In this document: piece by piece, positions 39,678-48,112 of the stretch
Layout of the letters: every line of letters begins with the position of its first letter
How positions within the stretch are numbered: position 1 is the first letter of the stretch
DNA from: Candidatus Margulisiibacteriota bacterium
Lineage (GTDB): Bacteria; Margulisbacteria; WOR-1; O2-12-FULL-45-9
Assembly (NCBI GenBank): GCA_034723395.1
Contig: JAYEOW010000029.1
Span: 4,737 to 68,736, forward strand
Direction: 5' to 3'
Length of the DNA: 64,000 bases
Position numbers and translations under genes: made by a program
The notes under the pieces: model-generated
What the model was told of the DNA's origin: nothing
Databases searched by the model: none
What the model saw: the letters and a program-made list of their open reading frames with translations, nothing else

Positions 39678-40512
39678 GTTTTACCCTATGCGCGTGACAT
39701 TCGATATTTATCGCTACCGGCAAACTTGAAATGTGGCACGGCCGCTTTTCAATGTTAACCGCTAATGCGGTGATTTTTCCGCCCATCCCCATCGGCCCGA
39801 TCCCGGTCTTATTGGTTTTATCAAGCAGCTCTTTTTCCCAATCGGCCATATTCTTTTCACTATTATGCATTCCAATTTCCCTAAAGAGCGCTTTTTTTGC
39901 GATTATCGGTGCGTAATCAAAACTTCCGCCAATACCGACACCGACGATCATTGGCGGGCAGGCGTTTGGCCCCGCGTTTTTGACGGTGTCCAGAATGAAT
40001 TCGGAGATTTCCCCTTTTCGGCTGTTTGGATTGAACATTTTAACTGCACTGCAGTTTTCTGCTCCGCCCCCTTTAGCCATCAAACTGAGTTTTATGTTTT
40101 CTCCGGGGACGATCTTAGTGTGGATGATAGCAGGCGTATTATCTCCGCTATTTTTTCGCCTTAAAGGATCCTTTGCTACCGATTTTCTTAGTTGAGCGTA
40201 TCCGCGGCTGACCCCTTCATTGATTGCCTCTTCGAGGACGCCATTTATGATTGCAACATCTTGTCCGACTTCAAGGAAGATTATTGCGAGTCCGGTATCC
40301 TGGCAAATGGGGAGTTTTTCTCTCCAGGCAGTTTTGGAATTGTTTATTAGCTGCCTGATGATTTCTCTTCCGGTGGGGGAGGTCTCTTTGGCCAGCGCTT
40401 TGTTCAATGCTCCGGTAACGTCTTCTGGTAAGGAAGTGGTCGCTTCAACGCAGAGTTTTTTTACCGTATCGGTGATCTTTTTTGCTACGACTTCTCTCAT
40501 ATCAATGACCAA
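39664..40512 (-). CDS. Class I (Fe-S) fumarate hydratase alpha subunit
   Basis: 282 aa; Fe-S hydro-lyase alpha-type with conserved Cys. Probable start at ATG 40500. Confidence 0.8.
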   Translation of the reverse strand: MVIDMREVVAKKITDTVKKLCVEATTSLPEDVTGALNKALAKETSPTGREIIRQLINNSKTAWREKLPICQDTGLAIIFLEVGQDVAIINGVLEEAINEGVSRGYAQLRKSVAKDPLRRKNSGDNTPAIIHTKIVPGENIKLSLMAKGGGAENCSAVKMFNPNSRKGEISEFILDTVKNAGPNACPPMIVGVGIGGSFDYAPIIAKKALFREIGMHNSEKNMADWEKELLDKTNKTGIGPMGMGGKITALAVNIEKRPCHISSLPVAINIECHAHRVKHAEI

Positions 40513-40538
40513 TGCCTAATGACGAATGACTAATTATG
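40503..40538. repeat. AATGAC-type intergenic repeat between mdh stop and fumarase start
   Basis: caatgaccaatgcctaatgacgaatgactaattatg, nearly identical to 47449-47481. Confidence 0.55.
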
Positions 40539-40539
40539 G

Positions 40540-41463
40540 TCATGTTATTTTATTATTATTTTCCCGGATAACTTCAGCTGACTTATGGAGGGCGGCTTTC
40601 TCTTTTTCGGTTAGTTCTATTTCAATTACCTCTTTTACCCCGTTTCTTCCAAGTTTTGCCGGGAGACCGATATAAAGACCCTTTAATCCGTATTCACCAT
40701 CCGTGTAGACCGAAGAGGGGATAACCTCTTCTTTATCTCGCAGGATAGATTCTATCATATGGGCGGCGGCAGCTGAAGGGGCATAATAGGCGGAGCCGGT
40801 TTTTAAGTGGGCAACTATTTCAGCTCCCCCCTTGCGGGTCCTTTCCACGATTTGGTCGATATTCTTTTGAGGGAGGAGTTTTTCGATCGATTTGCCAGAA
40901 ACGGTGGTTTGGCTGGGAACCGGGACCATGAGGTCGCCGTGAGTGCCCAAAACCATCGCTTTTACTTCGGTTACCGGGACATTCAGCTCCATCGCGATAA
41001 AAGTTGCCATCCTTGCCAGATCGAGCAGGGGAGCCATTCCTAATACTTTCTTAGGATCGAAACCCAAGGTTTTCCAGGCGACATAGGTCATTGTATCTAA
41101 AGGATTGGTGACCAGCAGAACGATCGAATTAGGGGCAAATTCTTTTATCTTTTCGGATACCGAAGTAATGATCGCAGTGTTCTTTGCTAAAAGATCATCC
41201 CTGCTCATCCCCGGTTTGCGGGCGAGTCCGGCGGTTACGACTACGATCTCTGAATCTTTGATCAGAGAAAAATCATTGGTGCCGGTTATTTTCGAGTCAT
41301 AGCCGACAACCGGTCCGGCCTGCATCATATCGAGTGCTTTTCCTTGAGGGATTCCTTCGATAATATCGACTAAGACGATATCGCCCAGCTTTTTTTCGGC
41401 TAGTCGGCGGGCGACTTCGGCTCCCACATTACCAGCGCCAATCACACTAATTTTAGACGTCAT
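40540..41463 (-). CDS. mdh: Malate dehydrogenase (LDH-like MDH family)
   Basis: GAGNVG NAD motif; Arg at the substrate-specificity position (GLARKPGMSRDDL); adjacent to fumarase. Confidence 0.8.
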   Translation of the reverse strand: MTSKISVIGAGNVGAEVARRLAEKKLGDIVLVDIIEGIPQGKALDMMQAGPVVGYDSKITGTNDFSLIKDSEIVVVTAGLARKPGMSRDDLLAKNTAIITSVSEKIKEFAPNSIVLLVTNPLDTMTYVAWKTLGFDPKKVLGMAPLLDLARMATFIAMELNVPVTEVKAMVLGTHGDLMVPVPSQTTVSGKSIEKLLPQKNIDQIVERTRKGGAEIVAHLKTGSAYYAPSAAAAHMIESILRDKEEVIPSSVYTDGEYGLKGLYIGLPAKLGRNGVKEVIEIELTEKEKAALHKSAEVIRENNNKIT

Positions 41464-41500
41464 GGGGATAGTTTATCAGAATTTTAAGGGGAGATCAATT

Positions 41501-42310
41501 TTAGACGGGCAGGTGATCAGCCAATATAACTAATTCTTCGATCGACAGCGTTTCCGGCCTTCGATTTAGATCGATCCCGGCATCTTCTAGGTTAAACTCC
41601 TTCAGCGAATTCCTAATCATCTTTCTCCGCTGCTGGAAAGCTGCGTGGACGACATCGAAGAACCGTTTCTCATCCTTAACTTTATATTTCGGAGTCTGGC
41701 GTGGTTTTAGAACAACCACTGCTGACCCAACTTCCGGCCATGGGTAGAAAGATGATTTGCTGACAAATGAATTAAGCGAAACCTCGGCGTGATACTGGAC
41801 AAAAACCGAAAACGAACCGTATTTTTTCGTTCCCGGGGATGCTGCCATCCGTTCGGAGACCTCTTTCTGGACCATGATTACCGCAAGCTCCGGTTTATCT
41901 TCGATCGTTAATATTTTTTCGACGATAGGGGCGGTAATATAATAGGGGAGATTACCGATAATCTTATATCTTCTTCCCATGATCAGTTTCTGCAGGTCGG
42001 TCTTTAATATGTCTTTAGAGATAAAACTGATATTGTCGAAAGGCTTTAAAACCTCTTTGCTGATACTGAGAAGCTCTTTGTCGATTTCGATCGCGATCAG
42101 GTGATAGACATGTTTGGCTAGTTCGGAAGTAACAACTCCGAGCCCGGAACCGATCTCGATTACCAGGTCGTCCTTGGAAAGTTCTCCTGCATTAATGATC
42201 CGTTTGAGGACCTGGGGATCCACCAAAAAATGCTGGCCCAAACGTTTGCGTGGAAATCTGCCGTGGACTAATAGTAGTTCTTTGGTGATCTGTGCCAGGG
42301 TCGGGGTCAT
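41501..42310 (-). CDS. rsmA: 16S rRNA (adenine1518/1519-N6)-dimethyltransferase
   Basis: RLGQHFLVD motif and SAM-binding VIEIGSGLG. Confidence 0.9.
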   Translation of the reverse strand: MTPTLAQITKELLLVHGRFPRKRLGQHFLVDPQVLKRIINAGELSKDDLVIEIGSGLGVVTSELAKHVYHLIAIEIDKELLSISKEVLKPFDNISFISKDILKTDLQKLIMGRRYKIIGNLPYYITAPIVEKILTIEDKPELAVIMVQKEVSERMAASPGTKKYGSFSVFVQYHAEVSLNSFVSKSSFYPWPEVGSAVVVLKPRQTPKYKVKDEKRFFDVVHAAFQQRRKMIRNSLKEFNLEDAGIDLNRRPETLSIEELVILADHLPV

Positions 42311-43299
42311 CTAATTTTGGCAAAATGTGTGGCGACTTTGATCGCCTCGATCAAGCTCTGCGGCTTGGCCCACCCTTTACCGGCAATATCAAAGCCAGTC
42401 CCGTGATCGACCGAAGTGCGGATGATCGGCAGGCCGACCGTAACATTGACCGAATGGTTGAAGGAGAGAAGTTTTAACGGGATCAATCCCTGGTCATGAT
42501 ACATTGCGATCACAATATCGAACATCCCGATGTTTGCTAGATAGAAAATCGCATCGGGCGAGATCGGGCCTTTGACATTGATCCCAAGCTTTTTCGCTGC
42601 GTCAACGGCCGGTTTGATAATCTTTATCTCTTCATCGCCAAAGATACCTGCTTCACCAGCGTGAGGATTAAGACCCGCCACCCCGATCTTCGGTTTTTTC
42701 CCGCGGAGCTTTAGAAGGGTTTCGTGGGCGAGTTTTATCCTTTTGACGATCTTTTGTTTATCAATATGTTTACTAACTTCTTTTAATGGCAGGTGGGTAG
42801 TGACCAGCATAATCCAAAGTGAATCGGAGATAAACATCATTGCGTAATCCTTGGCGCCGGTCCGCGTGGCCAGGATCTCGGTATGTCCCTGGAATTTATA
42901 GCCCGCTTTATGGATCGACTCTTTATTGATTGGCCCGGTAGTGATCGCGTCGATCTTTCCGTCTTTGGCCAGGCGGATCGCTTTTTCGATATATTCTACC
43001 GAGGCTTTGCCGGCCGCTTTTGAGACCTGGCCCAACTTTAGGCTCGCGCCGACGTTTTTTAGATTGAGGACATCGATGATGCCGCGCTGGAATTTTGCTT
43101 CGGATATTTTTTTGATCGGATTGATCTCGATGTTGGGGATCTTAGAGACCTTGATTCCCTGGCGCATCGCCTTTTTATCGCCGATTACAACACAGTTAGC
43201 GATGACTTGAATTTCGTTGTCAGTTAAAGCCTTAGCGCAGATTTCGGGGCCGATCCCGGCGGGATCGCCCATGGTGACGCCGACTACCGGCTTATACAT
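42307..43299 (-). CDS. pdxA: 4-hydroxythreonine-4-phosphate dehydrogenase
   Basis: VGVTMGDPAGIGPEI N-terminus; HxGxxE-like and DHGTGFDIAGKG motifs. Confidence 0.85.
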   Translation of the reverse strand: MYKPVVGVTMGDPAGIGPEICAKALTDNEIQVIANCVVIGDKKAMRQGIKVSKIPNIEINPIKKISEAKFQRGIIDVLNLKNVGASLKLGQVSKAAGKASVEYIEKAIRLAKDGKIDAITTGPINKESIHKAGYKFQGHTEILATRTGAKDYAMMFISDSLWIMLVTTHLPLKEVSKHIDKQKIVKRIKLAHETLLKLRGKKPKIGVAGLNPHAGEAGIFGDEEIKIIKPAVDAAKKLGINVKGPISPDAIFYLANIGMFDIVIAMYHDQGLIPLKLLSFNHSVNVTVGLPIIRTSVDHGTGFDIAGKGWAKPQSLIEAIKVATHFAKIR

Positions 43300-44461
43300 T
43301 GTACTTTATCCCCGCCTTTTTCATGCGGGAGAGAGCCTCTTTGAGCCTTTCTTCCGTATCAACCAGAGAGATTCGCACATATCCTTCCCCCAGCTCACCA
43401 AACCCTATCCCTGGAGATACTACCACCCCGGTTTCATGGATCAAGTGGTTTGTAAAAGAGCTGGCATTAAAACCCGACGGGACCGGGATCCAAAGGTACA
43501 TAGCGGCCATCGGCTTTTTAATGTTCCAGCCGAGGCTGTTTAATCCATCAACCATGATATCTCTTCTTTTCTGGTAAGTGGCCCGCATATTGTCTAAATA
43601 ACTTTTTTTAACCTTTAACGCGGAGATCGAAGCTTTTACTACTGCGCAAAAGGGACCATAATCTAGATTAGTTTTCATTGAACGGAGAGATTCGATCAGT
43701 TTCGCGTTGCCGATAGCAAATCCCATCCTCCAGCCGGCCATCCCGAATGTTTTAGACAGGGTATGAAATTCGATGCAAACATCTTTTGCGTCCGGGATCG
43801 AAAGGCAGGAGATCGGTTTTTTCCCTTCAAAATAGAGTTCGGCATAAGCAAAATCGTGTACTAAGATAAGGTCGTACTTTTTAGCAAAGGCGACCGCTTT
43901 TTCAAAAAATGACCTGGGGGCAACCGCCGCGGTCGGATTAGTCGGATAAGAGAGAAAAAGGATCTTTGCCCGCTTGGCAATGGAAGCATCAATGATGTCC
44001 AGGTCAGGGATGAACCCATTATTTTCAACGGTTGGCAGGATAAATGGTTCTGCTCCAGCAAGGATTGGCCCTCTGAAGTGAGCGGGATAGGCGGGGGAGG
44101 GGGTTAAAACCGTATCTCCCGGGTTTAAAAAGGCAAAACAAAAATGGACGATCCCCTCTTTGCTTCCTAAAAGTTCGATCACTTCATTCTTCTTAATGTC
44201 AATGTTGTACTGTTTTTTACACCAGGCAATAACCGCAGACTTGAATTCTGGATCGCCTTCAAAAGATGAGTAGCGATGGCTCTGCGGATCTTTTACCGCT
44301 TTTACTAAAGCTTCGACCACTTCTTTGGGAGGGGGAACGTTAGGGGAGCCGATGCTAAGATCTATCAGGTCTTTCCCGTTGGCCCGCTCCTTGGCTTTTT
44401 GTTTATCCAGCTGGGCAAATAGATAAATCGGTAATTTTTGTAATCTGTCTGATTCTTTCAT
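43292..44461 (-). CDS. PLP-dependent aminotransferase, class I/II
   Basis: 389 aa; SKTFGMAGWRMGFAIGN with the PLP-binding lysine context. Confidence 0.8.
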   Translation of the reverse strand: MKESDRLQKLPIYLFAQLDKQKAKERANGKDLIDLSIGSPNVPPPKEVVEALVKAVKDPQSHRYSSFEGDPEFKSAVIAWCKKQYNIDIKKNEVIELLGSKEGIVHFCFAFLNPGDTVLTPSPAYPAHFRGPILAGAEPFILPTVENNGFIPDLDIIDASIAKRAKILFLSYPTNPTAAVAPRSFFEKAVAFAKKYDLILVHDFAYAELYFEGKKPISCLSIPDAKDVCIEFHTLSKTFGMAGWRMGFAIGNAKLIESLRSMKTNLDYGPFCAVVKASISALKVKKSYLDNMRATYQKRRDIMVDGLNSLGWNIKKPMAAMYLWIPVPSGFNASSFTNHLIHETGVVVSPGIGFGELGEGYVRISLVDTEERLKEALSRMKKAGIKYNV

Positions 44462-45414
44462 TTTATTAGATCCTTAGCGTGATAAGAGCTTCTTACAAAC
44501 GGACCAGCAAAAACCTTTAATCCAAATTTTTCTCCAGCCGCTTTGTACTCTTCAAATTCACTGGGTTCTACGTATCTTACTACCTTTTGGTGTGATTTTG
44601 AAGGGGGAAGATACTGCCCGATGGTTACGATATCGCAGGCAATGTTTTTCAGGTCGTTTAAAACTGAAAAAACCTCTTCTTTTTTCTCTCCCAATCCTAC
44701 CATAATCCCGCTCTTAGTGTAAATCTTTTCCTTCAGACGTTTTGTCATTTTCAAGACAGATAAGGAGCGTTTATAGCCGGCTTCCGGCCGTATTTGGGAA
44801 TAGAGCCTGGGAACCGTTTCCAGATTATGGTTCAAGACAAAAGGATTGGAGTTAAGAGCGGTCGCTAACGATGTTTCATTCCCTTTAAAGTCGGGGATTA
44901 ATACCTCTACTTTGATATTTGTTGTGTGAGCCGTGATATGTGAGTTGTGATATGTGAGTTGCCTGACAACTTTTGCAAATTGGGCTGCGCCGCCATCTGG
45001 AAGATCGTCTCTTGTTACCGAAGTAATAACGACATATTGTAAACCTAATTTTGTTGCGGTCCGAGCGATTCTTTCCGGTTCTTTCGGATCAAGGGGGATG
45101 GGTGTTCCTTTTCTTACTCCGCAGAAACGGCAGCTGCGGGTACAACGGTCACCCAGGATCATAAAGGTCAAAGTGTTATTTTTAAAACATTCGCCGATAT
45201 TCGGGCATTTAGCCAATTCGCAGACGGTATGGATGTTATCGTCGTTAATGATTGCGCGGATTCGGCGGATATGCTTTTGCTTCGGCGTTTTTTTTATAAG
45301 GAAGTCAGGCAAGCTCACGGAGCATCTTTTCCAGTCTTTCGTAATTGGCCGCGTAGACCATGGCGGTGTCTTTGGTAACCCGTTTCTTTTTAACCAGATC
45401 GCGCAGCGAAACAT
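44458..45414 (-). CDS. lipA: Lipoyl synthase
   Basis: CELAKCPNIGECF and radical-SAM CTRSCRFCGV motifs. The 5' end overlaps pilT by ~110 nt, so the true start is probably an internal GTG. Confidence 0.85.
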   Translation of the reverse strand: MFRCAIWLKRNGLPKTPPWSTRPITKDWKRCSVSLPDFLIKKTPKQKHIRRIRAIINDDNIHTVCELAKCPNIGECFKNNTLTFMILGDRCTRSCRFCGVRKGTPIPLDPKEPERIARTATKLGLQYVVITSVTRDDLPDGGAAQFAKVVRQLTYHNSHITAHTTNIKVEVLIPDFKGNETSLATALNSNPFVLNHNLETVPRLYSQIRPEAGYKRSLSVLKMTKRLKEKIYTKSGIMVGLGEKKEEVFSVLNDLKNIACDIVTIGQYLPPSKSHQKVVRYVEPSEFEEYKAAGEKFGLKVFAGPFVRSSYHAKDLIK

Positions 45415-46363
45415 CCATGCTGATCATTCCGTATTGGGTGCCGAGATCGACCATCGAATAGATATCTTGGGTAGAACCCTTTCGAATAATATTTCTAATT
45501 GCCGTGGTGGCGATCATTATCTCTAGGGCCATTGCCAGGCCGCTGTTATCAGCTTTAGGGATAAGTTGCTGCGAGATAATTCCCTCTAAGCAGAGAGAGA
45601 GCATGCTGCGGATTTGTAATTGCTGGTAGGGTGGGAATACGTCGATCATCCGGTCGACCGATTGTACTGCGTCCTGGGTATGCAGGGTAGAAATTACCAG
45701 ATGTCCGGTCTCGGCGGCAGTCACCGCCATTTGGATAGATTCGAGGTCCCTCATTTCTCCGACCAAAATTACATCGGGGATCTGGCGCAGGACACGTTTT
45801 AGCGCTTCGCCAAAAGATTTTGTGTCGATCCCTACTTCTCTCTGCTCGACCACCGAAAGTTTAGGGGTATGCATATATTCGATCGGATCTTCGATCGTGA
45901 TAATATGGCAAGAACGGGTTGCATTAATATGGTCGATCATCGCCGCCTGGGTAGTAGATTTTCCGCAGCCGGTGGGGCCGGTTACCAGGACCAATCCTCT
46001 TTCGAGTTGAGTGAGATCTTTTATCTTTTGCGGTAAATTCAGCTCGTTGAAAGATGGGGGGGGGTTAGGTACCCGGCGGATAGTTGCCGCGATCGTCCCT
46101 TTTTGATAATGAAGGTTCACCCGGTAACGGCTGTGCATGTCCTCATAGGAGGTGTCTAATTCTTTTTCTTTCTTAAAAACAACTAAATCCTCTTTGCTAA
46201 TGATTTCTTTGATCAATTCTGAGATCTCTTCCTCGGTTAGAGGCTCTTCCCTCTGTTTTTGTAAAAAAGTATTGATCCTAAGCGCTGGGGGGTTGCCGAC
46301 TGCAAGAAGAAGATCGGAGGCTCTAGATTTATTCAGATCGGAGAGTAGGGTTTTTAAATACAT
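45305..46363 (-). CDS. pilT: Type IV pilus retraction ATPase PilT
   Basis: GPTGCGKSTT Walker A; PilT/PilU family His and Asp boxes. Confidence 0.85.
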   Translation of the reverse strand: MYLKTLLSDLNKSRASDLLLAVGNPPALRINTFLQKQREEPLTEEEISELIKEIISKEDLVVFKKEKELDTSYEDMHSRYRVNLHYQKGTIAATIRRVPNPPPSFNELNLPQKIKDLTQLERGLVLVTGPTGCGKSTTQAAMIDHINATRSCHIITIEDPIEYMHTPKLSVVEQREVGIDTKSFGEALKRVLRQIPDVILVGEMRDLESIQMAVTAAETGHLVISTLHTQDAVQSVDRMIDVFPPYQQLQIRSMLSLCLEGIISQQLIPKADNSGLAMALEIMIATTAIRNIIRKGSTQDIYSMVDLGTQYGMISMDVSLRDLVKKKRVTKDTAMVYAANYERLEKMLRELA

Positions 46364-46378
46364 GCTAACGACCTCATT

Positions 46379-46407
46379 TTGACTTTAACTGTTGATTACT
46401 ATATAAT
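46379..46407 (+). promoter_or_regulatory. Consensus sigma-70 promoter (TTGACT-17 nt-TATAAT) for pilD
   Basis: TTGACT at 46379-46384 and TATAAT at 46402-46407, 24 nt upstream of the pilD ATG. Confidence 0.5.
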
Positions 46408-46430
46408 CTCCTCATCCCTATGTCAAGGTT

Positions 46431-47183
46431 ATGCTTTATTTCATAATTGGAACAGTTGTCGGAAGTTTTTTAAATGTGTGTATCCATCGGCTGCCCCGAG
46501 AAGAATCGATAGTTTTCCCACCTTCTCATTGCCCCCGATGCAAACATAAGCTCTCTTTTTTTGATCTGGTCCCGATCGTTAGTTATTTTATTTTACGCGG
46601 AAAGTGCCGATATTGCGGTGAAAAGATATCTTTTCGATACCCTCTAGTTGAATTAGTTACCGGCCTGTTATTTGCCCTGATTGGCTATCTTTTTCCGATA
46701 ATGATCCAGCCGGTCGATTTCTTTTTTTCTGTAGTTTTTATTATGCTGCTCATGGTGGTATTTTTTGTTGACCATGAGCAGTTGGTCATTCCGGACAGTA
46801 TCAATATTATAGGGGTGATACTCGGGCTTTTATATAACTTTCTGAAAGGGAATATCTTATCTGCTTTATCAGGGATGCTGCTCGCCTATTCAGCCATGTT
46901 TCTGATCGCAAAGATCGGAAAACTTTCCCTCAAAAGAGATGCTATGGGGGAGGGGGACTTGTATTTATCCGCTTTTTTGGGGGCGGTGTTGGGATGGAAG
47001 GTAGTTTTGCTTTCGCTTTTCATCGCTTATCTTATCGCGGGAGCGACCGCAGTCTTGTTGCTGTTGATGAATAAGGTCGAGTTTGGCCAGGAGGTCCCTT
47101 TTGGAGGGGCGTTAGCGGCTAGCGGGATCATATCATTTTTTTACGGCCAGCAGATCCTGGCCTGGTATTTTGGGATAATGTAG
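46431..47183 (+). CDS. pilD: Prepilin peptidase (A24 family)
   Basis: N-terminal CxxC...CxxC (HCPRCKH...CRYCG) followed by a multi-TM peptidase domain. Confidence 0.85.
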   Translation: MLYFIIGTVVGSFLNVCIHRLPREESIVFPPSHCPRCKHKLSFFDLVPIVSYFILRGKCRYCGEKISFRYPLVELVTGLLFALIGYLFPIMIQPVDFFFSVVFIMLLMVVFFVDHEQLVIPDSINIIGVILGLLYNFLKGNILSALSGMLLAYSAMFLIAKIGKLSLKRDAMGEGDLYLSAFLGAVLGWKVVLLSLFIAYLIAGATAVLLLLMNKVEFGQEVPFGGALAASGIISFFYGQQILAWYFGIM

Positions 47184-47186
47184 CAG

Positions 47187-47456
47187 ATGAAAAGATTTGG
47201 CTTTATATTATTTATTCTAATCATCATCTACTTTATTTTTCTCATCCGTCAGGATATAATTGGTAACCTGGAGCTAAAGCAGCAGGCCAAGAATATTGCG
47301 GTAGAACTTAAACGAGAGAAGATCCGGGCTAAAAATCTGCAAGACAAATTAAAAGCTCTCAACCGCAATAGTTATATCGAAAGCCTCGCGCGTACACGTT
47401 TAGGAATGATCAAAAAGGGGGAGACCCCTTATAAGGTGATAGAAAAAAATGACTAA
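47187..47456 (+). CDS. Septum formation initiator family protein (FtsB/DivIC-like)
   Basis: 89 aa; N-terminal TM followed by a coiled coil. Confidence 0.55.
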   Translation: MKRFGFILFILIIIYFIFLIRQDIIGNLELKQQAKNIAVELKREKIRAKNLQDKLKALNRNSYIESLARTRLGMIKKGETPYKVIEKND

Positions 47457-47545
47457 TGCCGAATGACTTAATGACTAATGGATGTAAAATTATTATAATA
47501 ATAAGCTCATTCATTCGTCATTAATTAATTAGTCATTAGTAATTA
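47449..47545. repeat. Imperfect palindromic AATGAC/GTCATT element between ftsB-like and S1 genes
   Basis: Left arm aatgactaatgccgaatgacttaatgactaatgg and right arm ctcattcattcgtcattaattaattagtcattagtaatt are approximate reverse complements. Confidence 0.55.
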
Positions 47546-47567
47546 TCCAGTAGGGGGTGAAGTAGAA

Positions 47568-47972
47568 TTGCCCATTGATATTGGGTCCGAGATTGAAGGT
47601 AAAGTGACCGGGATAGCGAATTTTGGCGCGTTTATAGAATTGCCGGAGAGGAATGCCGGACTGGTCCATATTTCGCAAGTTGCCGATAATTATGTGACTG
47701 ATATTAGCAAACATATAAATGTTGGAGATATGGTAAAAGTTAAGGTCTTGGGAATTAACAAGACTGGTAAATATGATCTTTCGATCAAGCAGGTCGGTAA
47801 ACCTGCCTGGCAGCAGAAAAGACGAAGGATCGAAGCGCCCAAGGGGAAGCCGGTTCCGGGTACATTTGAGGATAAGATTACCGCTTTTCTTAAGCAAAGC
47901 GATGAAAAACTGCAGGATTGGAAAAAGAATTTAGAGCAGAAGCAGGGTGGACGAAAGAAGAAATTCACCTAG
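47568..47972 (+). CDS. S1 RNA-binding domain protein (YabR/GSP13-like)
   Basis: TTG start preceded by the RBS AGGGGGTGA. S1-domain motifs EGKVTGIANFGAFIEL...GLVHISQVA. Confidence 0.7.
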   Translation: MPIDIGSEIEGKVTGIANFGAFIELPERNAGLVHISQVADNYVTDISKHINVGDMVKVKVLGINKTGKYDLSIKQVGKPAWQQKRRRIEAPKGKPVPGTFEDKITAFLKQSDEKLQDWKKNLEQKQGGRKKKFT

Positions 47973-47980
47973 GTCTATAT

Positions 47981-48066
47981 GCCGGGGTGGCGGAATTGGC
48001 AGACGCTGCGGACTTAAAATCCGTTTGGACTTAACTCCAGTGCCGGTTCAAATCCGGCCCTCGGCA
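47981..48066 (+). tRNA. tRNA-Leu (anticodon UAA), long variable arm
   Basis: GCCGGGGTGGCGGAATTGGCAGACGC...CTTAAAA anticodon loop...GGTTCAAATCC T-loop...CCTCGGCA; folds as a cloverleaf with a 7-bp acceptor stem. Confidence 0.85.
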
Positions 48067-48112
48067 TTTTCCTTTGTCTCTCGCTTCGCTCGAGGCTTCG
48101 GAGAATAAAGAG

